Positions 25,135-38,870 are shown, numbered from the stretch's first letter. The stretch is 64,000 nucleotides of DNA from Octopus vulgaris (GCA_951406725.2 OX597826.1:19778001-19842000), one strand, 5' to 3'. The notes: a model not told the origin generated them from the letters alone. Numbers and translations: made by a program.

Positions 25135-25829
25135 AGTTCATGAATCATACACAAGTTCGTGAGTCATATAGAGTTGTGACTTTGTTATGACTCACAGAAG
25201 ATTCTAATATTAGTTAAATAAATCAGCAACAGACGTAGATATATGCGTGTATGTTTTTGTTTTCCGTTTCCTTTTGTGCTTCCATTGCTTTCTCCTCCTC
25301 TTTCTCTCCTTCTTCTCTCTTCCCTCTCCGTTTGAATATCTATAACACCCCCACACACACACACACACACATGTATGTAAACAACAAAATAGAAACATAA
25401 GTATACATACCCAGACATCTACACTCCCAGATATGTGCGCTGACACGCATATATACAATACAAAGATACACAGTCCTACGCAAGCTCGTAAATGTCATAC
25501 TTTTCATCAGCAGTCTATGCAATTGTCTAGAAAGGAGTTGTGTCTTTGTTAGAAAACTGGAACAATCCTACTATTTGTTTTATTTCCAATACTGCCAGTA
25601 AATATTTAAATAGACAACCAGTTCACCATGCACCATCGACGTAGCCTTCACCAATGAAATAACGTTCATAGCAATATTAATTTTTGTGGTACAATGAAAA
25701 ACAGCCACTTTTATACGTGACTGCTTGTGATCAACATAAAGTGCACATACATACACTTGCGCACGCACACAGAACACACATATATATACATGTATATATA
25801 CATAAATATATATATATATATATATAATT

Positions 25830-26150
25830 ATTATTTGAGGGAATAAAATCCAAACTTACAAGGAAAAAGAATTCAATTTAGAAATACTAAATCAAATTCC
25901 ACACAATATAATATTAGAAATATTAGAAAAAAACACCTTTTATCAATTCAAAATGAATAATTAAATTACACCATCTAGAAAATTACATATAATAGAAAAG
26001 TTAAAATTAAAATAACAATTAAAAAGTAAAGGTTAAGTAAATTATAAAAATAATATAATGTATATAATAGGTAGAAAAACGACACGTGTTTCGCTGCTAT
26101 ATTTAAGAAATGATTATAGTAGTAGAGAAATCATTTGCATATAAATATAT
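25830..26150 (-). mobile_element. AT-rich PLE pLTR copy with an interrupted hammerhead
   Basis: Reverse homolog of 35620-35880. Keeps GAAAC acgt GTC (26081-26092) and part of stem II. The CTGANGA half is replaced by foreign sequence. Confidence 0.7.
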
Positions 26151-26181
26151 GGTACCAAAAGTTTAGGTGACTCAAAAGGGC

Positions 26182-26566
26182 CCTGGACAGCCAGATGTTA
26201 GTTGATAGTAGGGAGATTATTTACTTGTAGGTAAATTGGGTATAAAATCAATTAATTTTTCTTTTCTTGTTTGTATGCTTCTTGTTTATTATGGATGTAT
26301 TAATATTTATGTATTGGGACATTTCTCTGAAACCGCTGGTGTTTTGTTGTACAGACAAGTTATTTCACTGCACGTCAATTCATTATATGATGAAGAAGAA
26401 AGTATGAGTGAGGTACTCTTCATAATGTATACAATGATGCTTTGCAGATGGTTGAAGAGTCTATGTGTATATTGGAATTTTTCATTCTCCCCACCCTTTT
26501 TTTTATAAGGTTTGAAAATAGAAGATTGTTGGCGTCAAGAAAGTTAACCATTTTGAGATGTTATAA
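26182..26566 (-). repeat. Inverted copy of 19114-19498
   Basis: Reverse-complement match read directly. Confidence 0.95.
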
Positions 26567-27660
26567 TATGTTAATGGAAAGTAAGAAACCTATGAACCCC
26601 AAATTAAAGAAAGGTGCTAAAATATTCAAACCAAAGAACAATACACTATGAATATGTACAATCACAATCACCAGTCCTCTACCAAACCAGTCAATAACAT
26701 TAACAATAATAAAACGATCAAAGTCAAAAGAATAGCAAGAACTAACTAATATTGGTAAGCAAACTAAATAACTAAGTTCAACGATTCTGATTAATCTATC
26801 AAGATTTTGAAAAGATAAGCGTCTAATGAATCAACTCAATCAAATTCATTCATGAAATACAATCAAAACTTTGAAAAAGTACAAATATACTCAAATCCAT
26901 TATATAAACTCGTTATATTAATATCCATGTATAAAATCTATAGATTTGATATATCACACGATAAAAAAGTTAAACATAAACATTATATTAAAATAAAAAC
27001 TACTTTATTTAAAAAAATACTATTTAATGAAAATATTATGTAATTATAATAAGAAATAAAGTCTAACCATTATAAATTCTCAAATTAAATGATATGTAAA
27101 ACATAAAATATTTTATAACAATTAAACATCGGACGTAAAAAATACTATCAAGAAACTATAAATAAATAAAAATATTACATTAAACAAAATATTATCAACA
27201 ATAATAATATCAAACAAACAACGGTTCAATAATCAAATGAAATAGAGAAACGATAAAATCAGACTTAGCTTTAGCGAAGAATGAAGAGTAGCTGATTTTT
27301 AAAAGAGATATATATTTTTAAAGCATTTCTAAAATTATCGCGTGGATAGATAGTGCAAAGAAATAGAATAAATCCTTAATGAACGTGGCGAAATTTATAA
27401 ATTTTAAATAAGGGTAGAAATTGATCTTAATCAATTAAAACCAGTGGCCTAGCATATTCAAAAAAATCCGAAGATTAAACATTTTTTACATACAAAATTT
27501 AGAGGATTGACCACTAAAAAAGGACAGCCTGTATGCTAGATATAGATGTCAAAATCGCCATTTCCTACGGAGAGTGTGTTCTCAAGAACGAATTCAGCAA
27601 AAAACCAAAGCGTAAAAATAAGCAAGACAAATGAAAATATACAAAATAAAAAACGATTAC

Positions 27661-27736
27661 CTATGTACTAATTAGTTTCACTTGTTAATAATTTACGTAT
27701 ATGAATACATAAGCATCTGCAAGATCATCAGCATAG
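27661..27736 (-). ncRNA. Type I hammerhead ribozyme motif
   Basis: Minus strand reads ctatg CTGATGA tcttg...caagt GAAAC taatta GTA catag. 5-bp stem I, palindromic stem III ACTAATTAGT. Confidence 0.8.
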
Positions 27737-27849
27737 CCTGTCGTTTATGAAACACAATTTCTAGAACTAGATACAGGGCACTCGACCGAAATCCAGCATT
27801 GTATAAAGTTCCACAAATTATAGTTATGTGTATCTTTCAAATGCCTTCA

Positions 27850-28860
27850 CTTTGGCGCGCTGAGATCAGAAATTACTCCGCAGTTAATAAACAACAGCAG
27901 ATTTCTCAAAAATAGCTGTCGCCTCGTGCACAATCCTTCTCCACCCGCTACGATCAATAGCTATGCCCTCCCATGTGTCAGGAGAGATGCAAGCATCTCT
28001 TAAAGAAGCATTCAGCAAGTCCTTATATATCATTTTTGGTTTATGTGGAGGTCGTTCTCCTTTAGCTAACTCTCCATAAAAGTGTTGTTTTGGCATCCTT
28101 GAATCCTTCATCCTGACCAGATGACCACTCCATCTGAGCCTTTGCTTTAACACAAGAGCTTCTATACTTTCACACCGAGAGCCTTCCAATATTTCAAGAT
28201 CACTGATGCGGTCCTCCCACTTAATGCCATAGATCCGTCTGAGATACATCTGATGGAAACGTTCCAGTTGTTTAAGGTGGTATCGATATGTGACCCACGT
28301 CTCGCAGGCATAGAGAAGAGAGCACACATGCCTTGTACACCTTTATCTTTGTCTTTCTGCATATGTCTCGCCGACTCCAGAGGCACTTTTCTAGCCTTCC
28401 GAAAGCAACACTTGCTTTCCTAATTCTGTATGGAATTTCATCATCCAAATTGCTATATCTATTAACAGTGCTTCCTAGGCAGACAAACTGATCGACTACA
28501 TCAAGTCGTTTACCATGCACATAGATATTTGGTACACTATACTGCTTACCAGGGACAGGTTGGTACATGGCAACATTTTTCTTGAGATTGACTGTCAATC
28601 CTGAGGCAGTGCAAGCATCAGAGAATGTATTCAAAATGTGTTGCGCTATTAGATCACAATCATCTGCATACAAAATGTCTCTTATGATGGAGGTAAATAC
28701 CTGTGTTTTTGCAGCAAAGCGCCTGATATTAAATATGCTGCCAGAGGTTCGATAATGGATGTAAACACCATATCTGCAGTTTCTGAATGCAATACAGAAA
28801 ACCATCACAAAATGTATGCCAAATAGCGTCGGTGCCAGAATATCCCCCTGTTTCACTCCA
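27850..28860 (-). mobile_element. RTE-clade LINE RT fragment
   Basis: GVKQGDILAPTLF, DILYADDCDL, ASVAFGRL, LLYACETW, QRLRWSGHLVRM..RMPKQ..YGEL. 5' end abuts (CATA)n/(TA)n. Confidence 0.9.
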
Positions 28861-28877
28861 TACATACATATATACAT

Positions 28878-28933
<56 letters not shown>

Positions 28934-29300
28934 TAATAATAATAATATTAGGGAATAAATCCAAACTTACAGGAAAAAATTAGATTTAGGATTAAATCCA
29001 ATTTTATAGTATAAATATATTATATTATATTATATTATATTAAATTAGAGATAAAACCATTATTAGGCAAATCAAACAGTGAAAACTATAAGTTAATACA
29101 TAAAATTAATCTAAAAATATAAAAGTTAAAAATAAAAAATTATTTAAATAATTTAAACTTATAAATTTTATATATATATACAAATATATATATATATATA
29201 TGTATATTTTTATATTTATATATTATTTTATTTATTAATTTATTTATTTATTTATTTATTTATTTTATATATATCAAAAGTATTAAGATAAAGAGTAAAA

Positions 29301-29381
29301 CACTACGATCGTTTCATGGCTGTACGAATTCGAATAACAATAATTTAAATTCAATTAATAATTCGAGTTAATCATCAGGTT
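29301..29381 (-). ncRNA. Hammerhead motif with decayed stem II base
   Basis: Minus strand reads aac CTGATGA ...long AT hairpin... gccat GAAAC gatc GTA gtg. Confidence 0.6.
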
Positions 29382-29865
29382 AATTGAAATATTTTTAAAA
29401 TAATCAGAAATATTTAAACAATATTTTAAAGATATAAATAATATAATAATTTTACTTATAATAAACTCTATTATCAAACTAGAAACTTAAAACTTAACAA
29501 TTATGATTATATCAAAATCGATTATAATGTTAAATATTAATTTTAATTTATAAGGTAGGAAACTCACCAATAATCTAATATCGGTAATAGTCTATATCTA
29601 ATTACCTAAATATAAAAAAAAAAATTTTTTTTAATATTTATGTAATTAGATATAGACTATTACCGATATTAGATTATTGGTGAGTTTCCTACCTTTTAAA
29701 TTAAAATTAATATTTAACATTATAATCGATTTTGATATAATCATAATTGTTAAGTTTTAAGTTTCTAGTTTGATAATAGAGTTTATTATAAGTAAAATTA
29801 TTATATTATTTATATCTTTAAAATATTGTTTAAATATTTCTGATTATTTTAAAAATATTTCAATT

Positions 29866-29946
29866 AACCTGATGATTAACTCGAATTATTAATTGAATTT
29901 AAATTATTGTTATTCGAATTGGTACAGCCATGAAACGATCGTAGTG
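29866..29946 (+). ncRNA. Hammerhead motif (mirror copy)
   Basis: aac CTGATGA ... gccat GAAAC gatc GTA gtg. Confidence 0.6.
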
Positions 29947-30222
29947 TTTTACTCTTTATCTTATATTAAACTTTTAATACTTTTGATATATAAAAAAATA
30001 AATAAATAAATAAATAAATTGATAAATAAAATAATATATAAATATAAAAATATACATACATATATATATATATTTGTATATATATATATATATAAAATTT
30101 ATAAGTTTAAATTATTTAAATAATTTTTTATTTTTAACTTTTATATTTTTAAATTAATTTTATGTTTTGGCTTATGTTTTTCACTGTTTGATTTGCCTAA
30201 TATTGGTTTTATTTCTAATTTA

Positions 30223-30279
<57 letters not shown>

Positions 30280-30299
30280 ATATATATTGCTAAAAACGG

Positions 30300-30872
30300 T
30301 AAGATAACAAAAGAAAGAAAGAGACCTTAATATTATGTAAATAGAGGAAATTTTATCTGTAAAATAATATGTGACAATTATTCGATAGCCAAGATAAAAC
30401 TCTGAGTTTCGGATGCCGAGGTGGAAATCCACACCACCATCTCTTCGGTTATCTGGCCATCTGAAAAAACGCTATGAAGAAAGACCGTTATACAAAGGGA
30501 AATTACTGTGTTATAGTCCGCTACTTATACAAAAGCGCTAAATCGAATGACCTCTAATTAAGATAAGGTTAAAAGTTCATATTAAACACGTAAGCATGCC
30601 TGTTCATACGTACACATGTGCGCTCTTGCACCCATGTGCTTACGTATTTACTATGAACTTTTAACCTTATCTTAATTAGAGGTCATTCGATTTAGCGCTT
30701 TTGTATAAGTAGCGGACTATAACACAGTAATTTCCCTTTGTATAACGGTCTTTCTTCATAGCGTTTTTTCAGATGGCCAGATAACCGAAGAGATGGTGGT
30801 GTGGATTTCCACCTCGGCATCCGAAACTCAGAGTTTTATCTTGGCTATCAAATAATTGTCACATATTATTTT
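30300..30872. repeat. Fold-back palindrome (family B) in (TA)n with two hammerhead-like motifs
   Basis: Arms 30361-30597 / 30636-30872 are nearly identical. Motif gataa CCGAAGA gatg..gtgga/tccac..catc c GAAAC tcaga GTT ttatc at 30780-30840(+) and 30393-30453(-). Both share the U4C change. Confidence 0.85.
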
Positions 30873-32277
30873 ATATATATAATATAAAGTTATATCTTGA
30901 GATTGTTAGTGGCAACAACGCTCAAGATATATAACAGACTGGAATAGTAGTGCTCAAATGAGCTGTATACACTTTTTTAATCCGAGGGGAGGCAATACGA
31001 GCAGCAACTAAAGGAACATCACAAAATCCACAGAAAGATCAAACACATACATATATTCATATATTCATTTATATCTACAGAACAGATATAAAGCCCGACG
31101 TTTAAAACTTTAGTAATATATAAATATAAATATCATATAAAAATATATAAATATATAAGAGAATCAAAGTTGTATATATATAACACCTTGAATTTACGCT
31201 TAAACACGTAAAACATTTGGTATAATTTTGTTACAATAAAAAATTTGGGACAATAAAACATACAATGACATAATAAAAGACGAATTAAAATTCCAGAGAA
31301 ATGTACATAGAAGATAAATATACAAGATAAATATACAAATTGTAAATTTGTTACTCTTGGTTTGGGCATTAATGATGCCTGGTCGCAGTTCGTTCATTCC
31401 TGAGACGTTAAAACTGTTGACTGATAGTGAATTGATTGATAGTGAATTTTAACACGATGAACCTCTTCAAAATTGTCATGAGGCCAATAAAATGAAGGAA
31501 AGCTGTTCAGCCCACAATATATACAACTTCCAGTGGAATCGGACATCATAATTAACCTTAAACTTTTTGCACTCAAACACTTTCACATTAGGATAAGCAC
31601 AATATACTCTTCCATAGTACATACCTCATGTTGACACCTATACGTCAGACTTAATGCTGTTTTATCTCCAAAGTGAATACTGCAAGTGATATTTAAGCAA
31701 TAAGCAGTTCTTTGGCTTTTGCATTTGACGACTGTTACTTTACGTATTTTATTTCGATTTTCACTGGCGTAGTGGTAAGAACTACGGGATAAGTAACATT
31801 AGTTTCGAATAAAAATATAAATGGAAGTTTTAATCACCCGATGGACAGGCAAACAGGAACTGCTACTCAATAAAGGCGCAAAAATGCCCAGGGAAGTCTC
31901 TCTTCTCTGAAAAACTGACACAAAAAGAGTTGAAACTCGGGGGTGAAATAACACAATGTGCAATAAAATAACATAAGGCATGTTCTTTGCAAATCAATTT
32001 TATCTCAAAAATTGAGCAATACCGCTTATTTTTTTTAATTGGATAAGAAATCTTAAGCAAGGTTTTAGATGTGATACCCCACCCCCAATCTTTCCCGTTT
32101 TATAAACGATCAATTAGTCTTTTCTACTTTCAATTGAATTTTGTTGAGAATATCTTCAGAAAATTGAGTAATCACCAGTTATTTATTTGCTTTATTTTCA
32201 CTTTGTTGCACACTTAAAGTAACTGCCTTTTCCTAGTAGCTTTTCATGTCAGCTGGTTTATTGCATGAAAAACAGCT

Positions 32278-32981
32278 GTAAGAACACATTTGACCGCGGA
32301 TGCACGTGGCTGATTACAGTTAATTAAAGTTAGAGTGATATCGATTGTTTTTTTAGCCGCTTACAAATGTGTCAAAACGCAGAAATGTTTGTGGTCTAAT
32401 ATTTAAATCAAAATGAGACTGTATTTACAAATAGCAAGCTTTATTTACATATATCTGTCATTTAAACGTGAAAACGTAGAAATGAATTGTTTAGAACGTC
32501 GGTTAATGAACAGGATGGCGGAAGAAACAGGACAAAACGATTACAAAAATAGCGATTTTCACTTTGAAACTGACAATTCTGAAAATCCTTAGAACGCCCC
32601 GCTCTCTCATGTATCCATGTTTAAAATTTCAGTGCGATCGGATGAACAACACGCACAAAAAAACCCAGACAGAATGGGATTTATATATTAGATATATATA
32701 TGTATATATCTAATATATAAATCCCATTCTGTCCTGTTTCTTCCGCCATCCTGTTCATTAACCGACGTTCTAAACAATTCATTTCTACGTTTTCACATTT
32801 AAATGACAGATATATGTAAATAAAGCTTGCTATTTGTAAATACAGTCTCATTTTGATTTAAATATTAGACCACGAACATTTCTGCGTTTTGACACATTTG
32901 TAAGCGGCTAAAAAAACAATCGATATCACTCTAACTTTAATTAACTGTAATCAGCCACGTGCATCCGCGGTCAAATGTGTT

Positions 32982-32983
<2 letters not shown>
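32278..32983. mobile_element. Non-autonomous Helentron-associated (HINE/DINE-1-like) element plus an inverted partial duplicate
   Basis: Arms 32281-32533 / 32731-32983 and an inner palindrome 32668-32733. aaatttcagtgcgatcggatga...gacaga..gatttatatattagat resembles a HINE terminus. The palindrome is clear; the family call is tentative. Confidence 0.55.
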
Positions 32984-33061
<78 letters not shown>

Positions 33062-33409
33062 TATATACATATATATATAAATACATATATATATATATAT
33101 ATATATACAAGTGTGTATTTATATGCATATACATATATATATATATATATATGCGTATATGCCTATGTTTATGCACATGTAGCACACATATATAATACAC
33201 AAACACACACACAGACACATACATACACACAAATAAACACATACGATATTTTCAATGAAGACGGTATAACCGCATCTGACTCTTTAAGTGATTCAATTCT
33301 TCCTACGTTAATTTACTAGATTGCTGACATCTAGCAACAGTCTCTCCTACGTGTTGATGCACTGCTTTCTCTCATTAGTAAGACTGTCGGCATTTTTTAA
33401 AATAAAAAA

Positions 33410-33890
33410 ACAACCTATTAATATCCTCTCCTTCGAAGTAGTCATCTGGTGTTCCTGTCACTTTTGGAATCCGGCCTGGAAGTTGTTTTCCGAAAGCGAG
33501 TAGAGAACTTTCTGCAATTCGCTTTTGATTTCGACAACGGTGTTAAAACTTCGACCTTTGAACTGTATTTTAATCGTGAGGAAGAGATAGAAGTCCGCAG
33601 GTACTAAATCTGGGGCATAGAGTGGGTGCGGAAGCGATACCATGTTTTTGGTAAGAAACTCACGAGTCAGCAGAGCTCGGTGTCAGGGAGCATTTACGTC
33701 CTGAAGAATCTAAATGTTCGCGCTCCACAGATCCGGTCACTTTCGCCGAATGTCTTCCTTCAAACGCTTCAAAACGCTGCGCAATAAAACTCTCTTTACA
33801 AGTCTTTCACCAGCAGTAAGTTTATATCAAATTCAAAAAGATGCTGTCACATGCCCAAATGATGTTGGCTTCGAAGATGTCATGGTTACG
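33410..33890 (-). mobile_element. Mariner C-terminal fragment
   Basis: LPHPLYAPDLVPADFYLF..K...KGR.F. Confidence 0.75.
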
Positions 33891-34611
33891 CGGATGAAGA
33901 TCTTGTTTCACGCGCAGTGTTGCTTGTTTATCAGGGCTAAGCTATTCCTTACGCTGCTTCATATTGATGTACAGGCACCATTGTTTGTCGCCGGTAACGA
34001 TTCGCTGCTTGTGTCCATGATTTGAACGGTGACGAGCAAGCAAACCAACGTAGAATGTGGCTGGATGATTTTTGTTGTTGTTACTTAAAGCATGCGGAAC
34101 CCCATGCTCCATACTTCTGAACCTTTCCCATCGAGTGAAGATGCTCCTCTATAGCAGTGTGGGAGCATTCCATTTTCTTTGCCAGTTGCCTTGTCGTGTG
34201 ACGAGAATTTTTTGCCAAAGTTGGTTTAATTGCTCTTCATCGAACTCAACTGGATGGCCAGAACGAGGGGCATCTTTGAGGTCAAAATTTCCTTTTTGGA
34301 ACTCTGCATACCCATCACGAGCGGTTCTTTCAGCTATGGTACCCTCTCCATATACAGCACAAATGTCGCGAGTAGCTTTTGCGGCCTTAGAACTTTGATT
34401 AAAAGCAAAAAGAAGGCGGGGTCGAAAATGCTCGTTTTTCTTATTTTTTATTGATCTGAAAATTAGCAAAAATTAACTAAAATTAGTTAGAAAAAAAAAT
34501 AGATTCCAAAATTATTCAAATATAGAATTCTCGAAAGATTCCAAAATTTAAAAACGCAATAAATTCCAAAATTAAAAAAAAAAAACCGCGGGAACTTAGT
34601 TGCCAACCCAA
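33890..34611 (-). mobile_element. Mariner 5' part, same family as 48353-49599
   Basis: High nucleotide similarity to 48870-49599 with an internal deletion. TIR ggaacttagttgccaacccaa followed by TA. DAPRSGHP, WVPHAL. Confidence 0.85.
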
Positions 34612-34764
34612 TACTTCAGAACAATTATTTCCGATTTGATGACACCTACTATCGTTAAAAATGCGGAATTGCGATGGGAAAGAAAGCAGCCCCTGTTCTT
34701 GTGAACCTGTAATGGATTGTTTTGAATTCACCATATATGAAGTGTCAATGTAAAAATATGGTTA

Positions 34765-35310
34765 TCCATTTCACCATTATATATGTGAAAACTGGAAAAG
34801 ATACTTGGATGACTGTTTTACTATTTGGAAGGAGAGCATTGATAAACCTTTGTAATTCAAATCAACATTAAATGATATAAACAGTAACATTCAATTCACA
34901 ATGGAATATAGAAAAGAACAGCTCCCAATTTTGGATATCATGATAAAAAAAGGTCAATAACCGAATTATAACTGACATCTATCATGAACCAACGGATTCG
35001 AAGCAATATCTCCCTTTTAGCTCATGCCATCCGAAACATATCAAAATAAATATCCCATTTAATTTGGCAAAAAGTATTTACACAATAGTGTCTGATAGGC
35101 CTACTAGGGACCTTCGTCTTCAAGACCTCAGAACAACACTAACTGAAAGACAATATCCACCTTCACTTATAGACGATGGAATTAAGCGTGCCAAGAAATT
35201 AGACATAAAAACACTAAAGACAGCAAAACATAACACCACACCTCATCTCAAAACACTACTGTATATATCAACTCACAACCCCAGAAACAATGAGGCATAC
35301 AACACTATTG
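34765..35310 (+). mobile_element. Penelope-like RT/thumb fragment (Neptune-like)
   Basis: WKRYLDDCF, IQFTME, LPILDIMI, TDIYHEPTDSKQYL..SCHPKH..NIPFNLA. Homologous to 39266-40155. Confidence 0.85.
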
Positions 35311-35618
35311 AGATAATTAAGTATTATATTGATTGATATTTAGTCAACTATATTATAGAGTGATATATTAAATCTACAGATACTACACATATATATTAAT
35401 TATATAGTTAGCTTATTTAATGAGTTTGTCTATATTTGAACCATTTCTTCTTTTGATTACAATATTAATGACTTGTACTAGCATTGTGTATATTAATTAA
35501 TTTTAAAGTATTGAATAATTTAAGTATTGTTTTTAGTTTTCACTTAATGTATATTTAGCATCTTATATATATTAAAGTATATTTATTAATTAATTATTTT
35601 ATTATTCTAGTTTATTTT

Positions 35619-35722
35619 TAACCTGATGAGTGGCTATATTTATATCGAAGTGATTTTACTACTACTATTAATTTTTTTACTATAATCACTTCTTAAATAT
35701 AGCCACGAAACACCTGTCGTTA
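35619..35722 (+). ncRNA. Type I hammerhead ribozyme with very long stem II
   Basis: taac CTGATGA gtggctatattta..gaagtgatt...aatcacttc.taaatatagccac GAAAC acct GTC gtta. 13-bp plus 9-bp stem II, stem I taac/gtta. Confidence 0.88.
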
Positions 35723-35883
35723 TTCTACCAATTATATACGCTTTTATTATTTTTTTGCAATTTACTTAATCTTCAGTATATTATTGTTATTTTAATTTTA
35801 ATATTTCTCTTATATGTAATTTTCTAGATGGTGTAATTTAATTGTTCATTTTAAGTTGATAAAAGTTGTTTTTTTCTAATTTT

Positions 35884-35886
<3 letters not shown>

Positions 35887-35937
<51 letters not shown>

Positions 35938-35956
35938 CATGTATATATATGTATAC

Positions 35957-35987
<31 letters not shown>

Positions 35988-35992
35988 ACACG

Positions 35993-36028
<36 letters not shown>

Positions 36029-36032
36029 ACAC

Positions 36033-36070
<38 letters not shown>
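35887..36070. repeat. (TA)n microsatellite
   Basis: Read directly. Confidence 0.95.
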
Positions 36071-36071
<1 letters not shown>

Positions 36072-36687
36072 CACACATAAAGTGATAAACCCAGCGCACA
36101 TGGACACACAGAACTCCTGATAAATACAACACACTTACACACACATACACATACATACATACATACCCACACACATACATATGCACCCTCACACACACAT
36201 ATGGTTGCTCAGATACACACACATTCACGTACACACACATAATATCCCCACCAACACAAAAGGACGCACAAGCATACACACGCACCCACAGACGCACACA
36301 TCGCACACGCGAACAAACACATACACACACTTGCACACACACAACATCCTAACAAATATTAATCACACACAAAGCAGGTCAGTTCATCTAAATTTCTTTG
36401 TAAACTCCTTTTTCTGTGTATATATATAGATACTTCCAAACAAACATGATTTTTAATGAAATCCTAATATTTTTATCGAAATCTTTGTTTAATAATTTCT
36501 CAAGATTTTTCCTTATAAACTGTTTTTAACATTTTCTTATTATTAAAGAATGTATATATGTATTGTAATATTTTGTGACAACCAGTACTTAACACAACAA
36601 AGCTCTTACAAAGCTTTGCATTTTACTTTTGACAATCTTTTTTTTAAAAAAGTGAATAAACATCGTTAAAATTGCATTTTCAAACCT

Positions 36688-36738
<51 letters not shown>

Positions 36739-37011
36739 AGAAACTTTTAACGTTTTATATTTGAATATCAAGGATAATAATGATAAACATTGTTCTTGGT
36801 TTGACAGTTGTTGCTGGTTGCTATGCAGAATGTAACTCGTCCAAGTGTTCTCAAATCTTAAAATCATTCGAGTATCTTTCTTGCGTGTAAGTATTTTTTG
36901 TTATTTCTCTCGAAGTTCAGCTACGTTTAAATTGGTTATACTTGTGCGCCCACAAATGGATAGACACACACACTCAAATACCGCGCGCATACATACACAC
37001 ACTCTTACACT

Positions 37012-37076
<65 letters not shown>

Positions 37077-37392
37077 CACACATACACACAATCTGCCTGT
37101 CTTATGTTTGATTTATTCCAGTTTCAACAACTTGGGTTTGTACTTCAATTCGTTTGTTAAAAAATTTCACGCCAACGTTTAATATTTTTTGACTCGCCGT
37201 AATCATTCCAACCAGATGACAACCTAATAATCAAAGTAAGAATTTAATGATGATTTAATGCACACTATCCCAGACACCTTTATGACAGCGACCTTAAACA
37301 GTTACTATTGCACGTGTAATCCTGTAATTCAGGACGAATAGATAACTGTTAGAAACCACTAAGTAAGAGCAGTTTGCTTATTTTGTTCAGTG

Positions 37393-38085
37393 TTGGGCCT
37401 TCCCATAAATAATGCGGTTTTTCAATTGCATGAACTAAAAATCGGGGTGGGGGACGGGATAAACTACCTGCTTATTCTTAATAAACTACTCCTTATTCTT
37501 AGTGCAATTTTGAAGAGTGCAGTTCGATTTTAACAGTTATTTTATCTAAGCTATAGTGGAAGTGACAAAGGGTCATATTCGGAATATTTTGTTTTATGAG
37601 TTCAATAAAGGTAACAATGCAACGGAAAGTGCGAGGAATATTAATGCAGTATATGGTATTCGGACAATAAGCGTAAACCAGTGTCAGTGGTAGTTCCAGA
37701 AACTTCGAGCCGGAAACTACAGCCTCGTCCTGGAAGATCTGAAGAGCTCGAGGAGGACATCCTGCAAGACCTGGTGAAACAAAATACCATCATAACTGTT
37801 GAGGAACTAGCAGAAAAGCTTGGATTTCGTCATTCAACCATTCATCGACACCTGCGTGCCATCGGAAAAGTCAGCAAATTGAGTCAACCGGTTCCTCACA
37901 AACTTTCCGAGTCTAATCGCGCGCAGAGAGTGAATTTGTGCTCTTCTTTCCTGTCACGTCTCACGAATGAACCTTTTGTGGACCAAATAGTGACTGGGGT
38001 GTGAAATAGATTCTCTATAAAAATGTCGAACGCCGAAGACAGTGGGTAAGGAAAGGAAAAACACCAGCACCCCAAGCAGAATGAC
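37393..38085 (+). mobile_element. Mariner 5' half
   Basis: TIR-like ttgggccttcccataaataatgcggttttt. PRPGR, ELAEKLG..HSTIHRHL..IGKVSKL..VPHKL, IVTG. Cut off by a PLE fragment. Confidence 0.8.
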
Positions 38086-38868
38086 GGTCAACTCGTTCAA
38101 GGAAAGGTGTACACATCTGGCGTCATTCAGAAACATAAACAAAAAACCTGAAACAGCCCTGTAAAATATGATACGGACATTGAAAGAAGATGGAATAACC
38201 AGCCCCGGATAGAATGGAAAATTATTGCTGAAGCCAAAAAATACAGAGGACGGGGTACCAAATGGGAACTCTATATTACTGAAAAATTAAACAGTATACA
38301 ATCAACAGATAACATCCTAAATATTAGGGATGTATCCTCCTCTTCCTGCAAAAGGAAGCAATATTTTACACACAAATATTTCAAAGAAGAGCCCCTATCC
38401 GCGAGGGTAACCCCACCAAGTAGCCCCTTTCCTAAACGTGAACACACATAGCACACAAACTCCACACAAAGAAGAAATATGTGGCAATGATGAACAACCT
38501 CAGCACACAAGAATGAGAACACCACAAAATAATGCAAACAAATTAACCACACAAAAAATCTGCCCCAAAAACAATACAAAGGGAGATAAACATCCAAAAG
38601 ATGCCACCCAAGAGCACTGTCCCTTGATTCATTGATTCAATGTCCCTGTATTCACCCGAATTTACGGACACTTCCGTGAACTAAATGAGACTGTTTTCCT
38701 AAATGGAGGCCAATTCTTTTCTCCATGTGATCGGCTTGAAAGATTAAGACACAAGGAAACTTTCCTACTTTTCTTAACATGAAAGCAATGATTGCTTTAA
38801 TTAACAAATAAGGAAATTATATCCACCAACACGGTGGTGAGTCCTTATTTTTATCGTTCTACATTTAC

Positions 38869-38870
<2 letters not shown>
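38085..38870 (+). mobile_element. PLE (Naiad-like) endonuclease C-terminus plus 3' UTR, ending in (TA)n
   Basis: SFKER..H.ASFR, ETAL, IEWKII..AKKY, ITEKL, ILNIR...SC, read across frameshifts. Confidence 0.6.

Larger units (their letters stand above)
28940..30222. repeat. ~1.2-kb AT-rich fold-back palindrome (PLE pLTR family A) in (TA)n
   Basis: Arms 29041-~29620 and ~29628-30222 are highly similar. The left arm has an extra ~100-nt outer extension. One hammerhead per arm. Confidence 0.9.
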
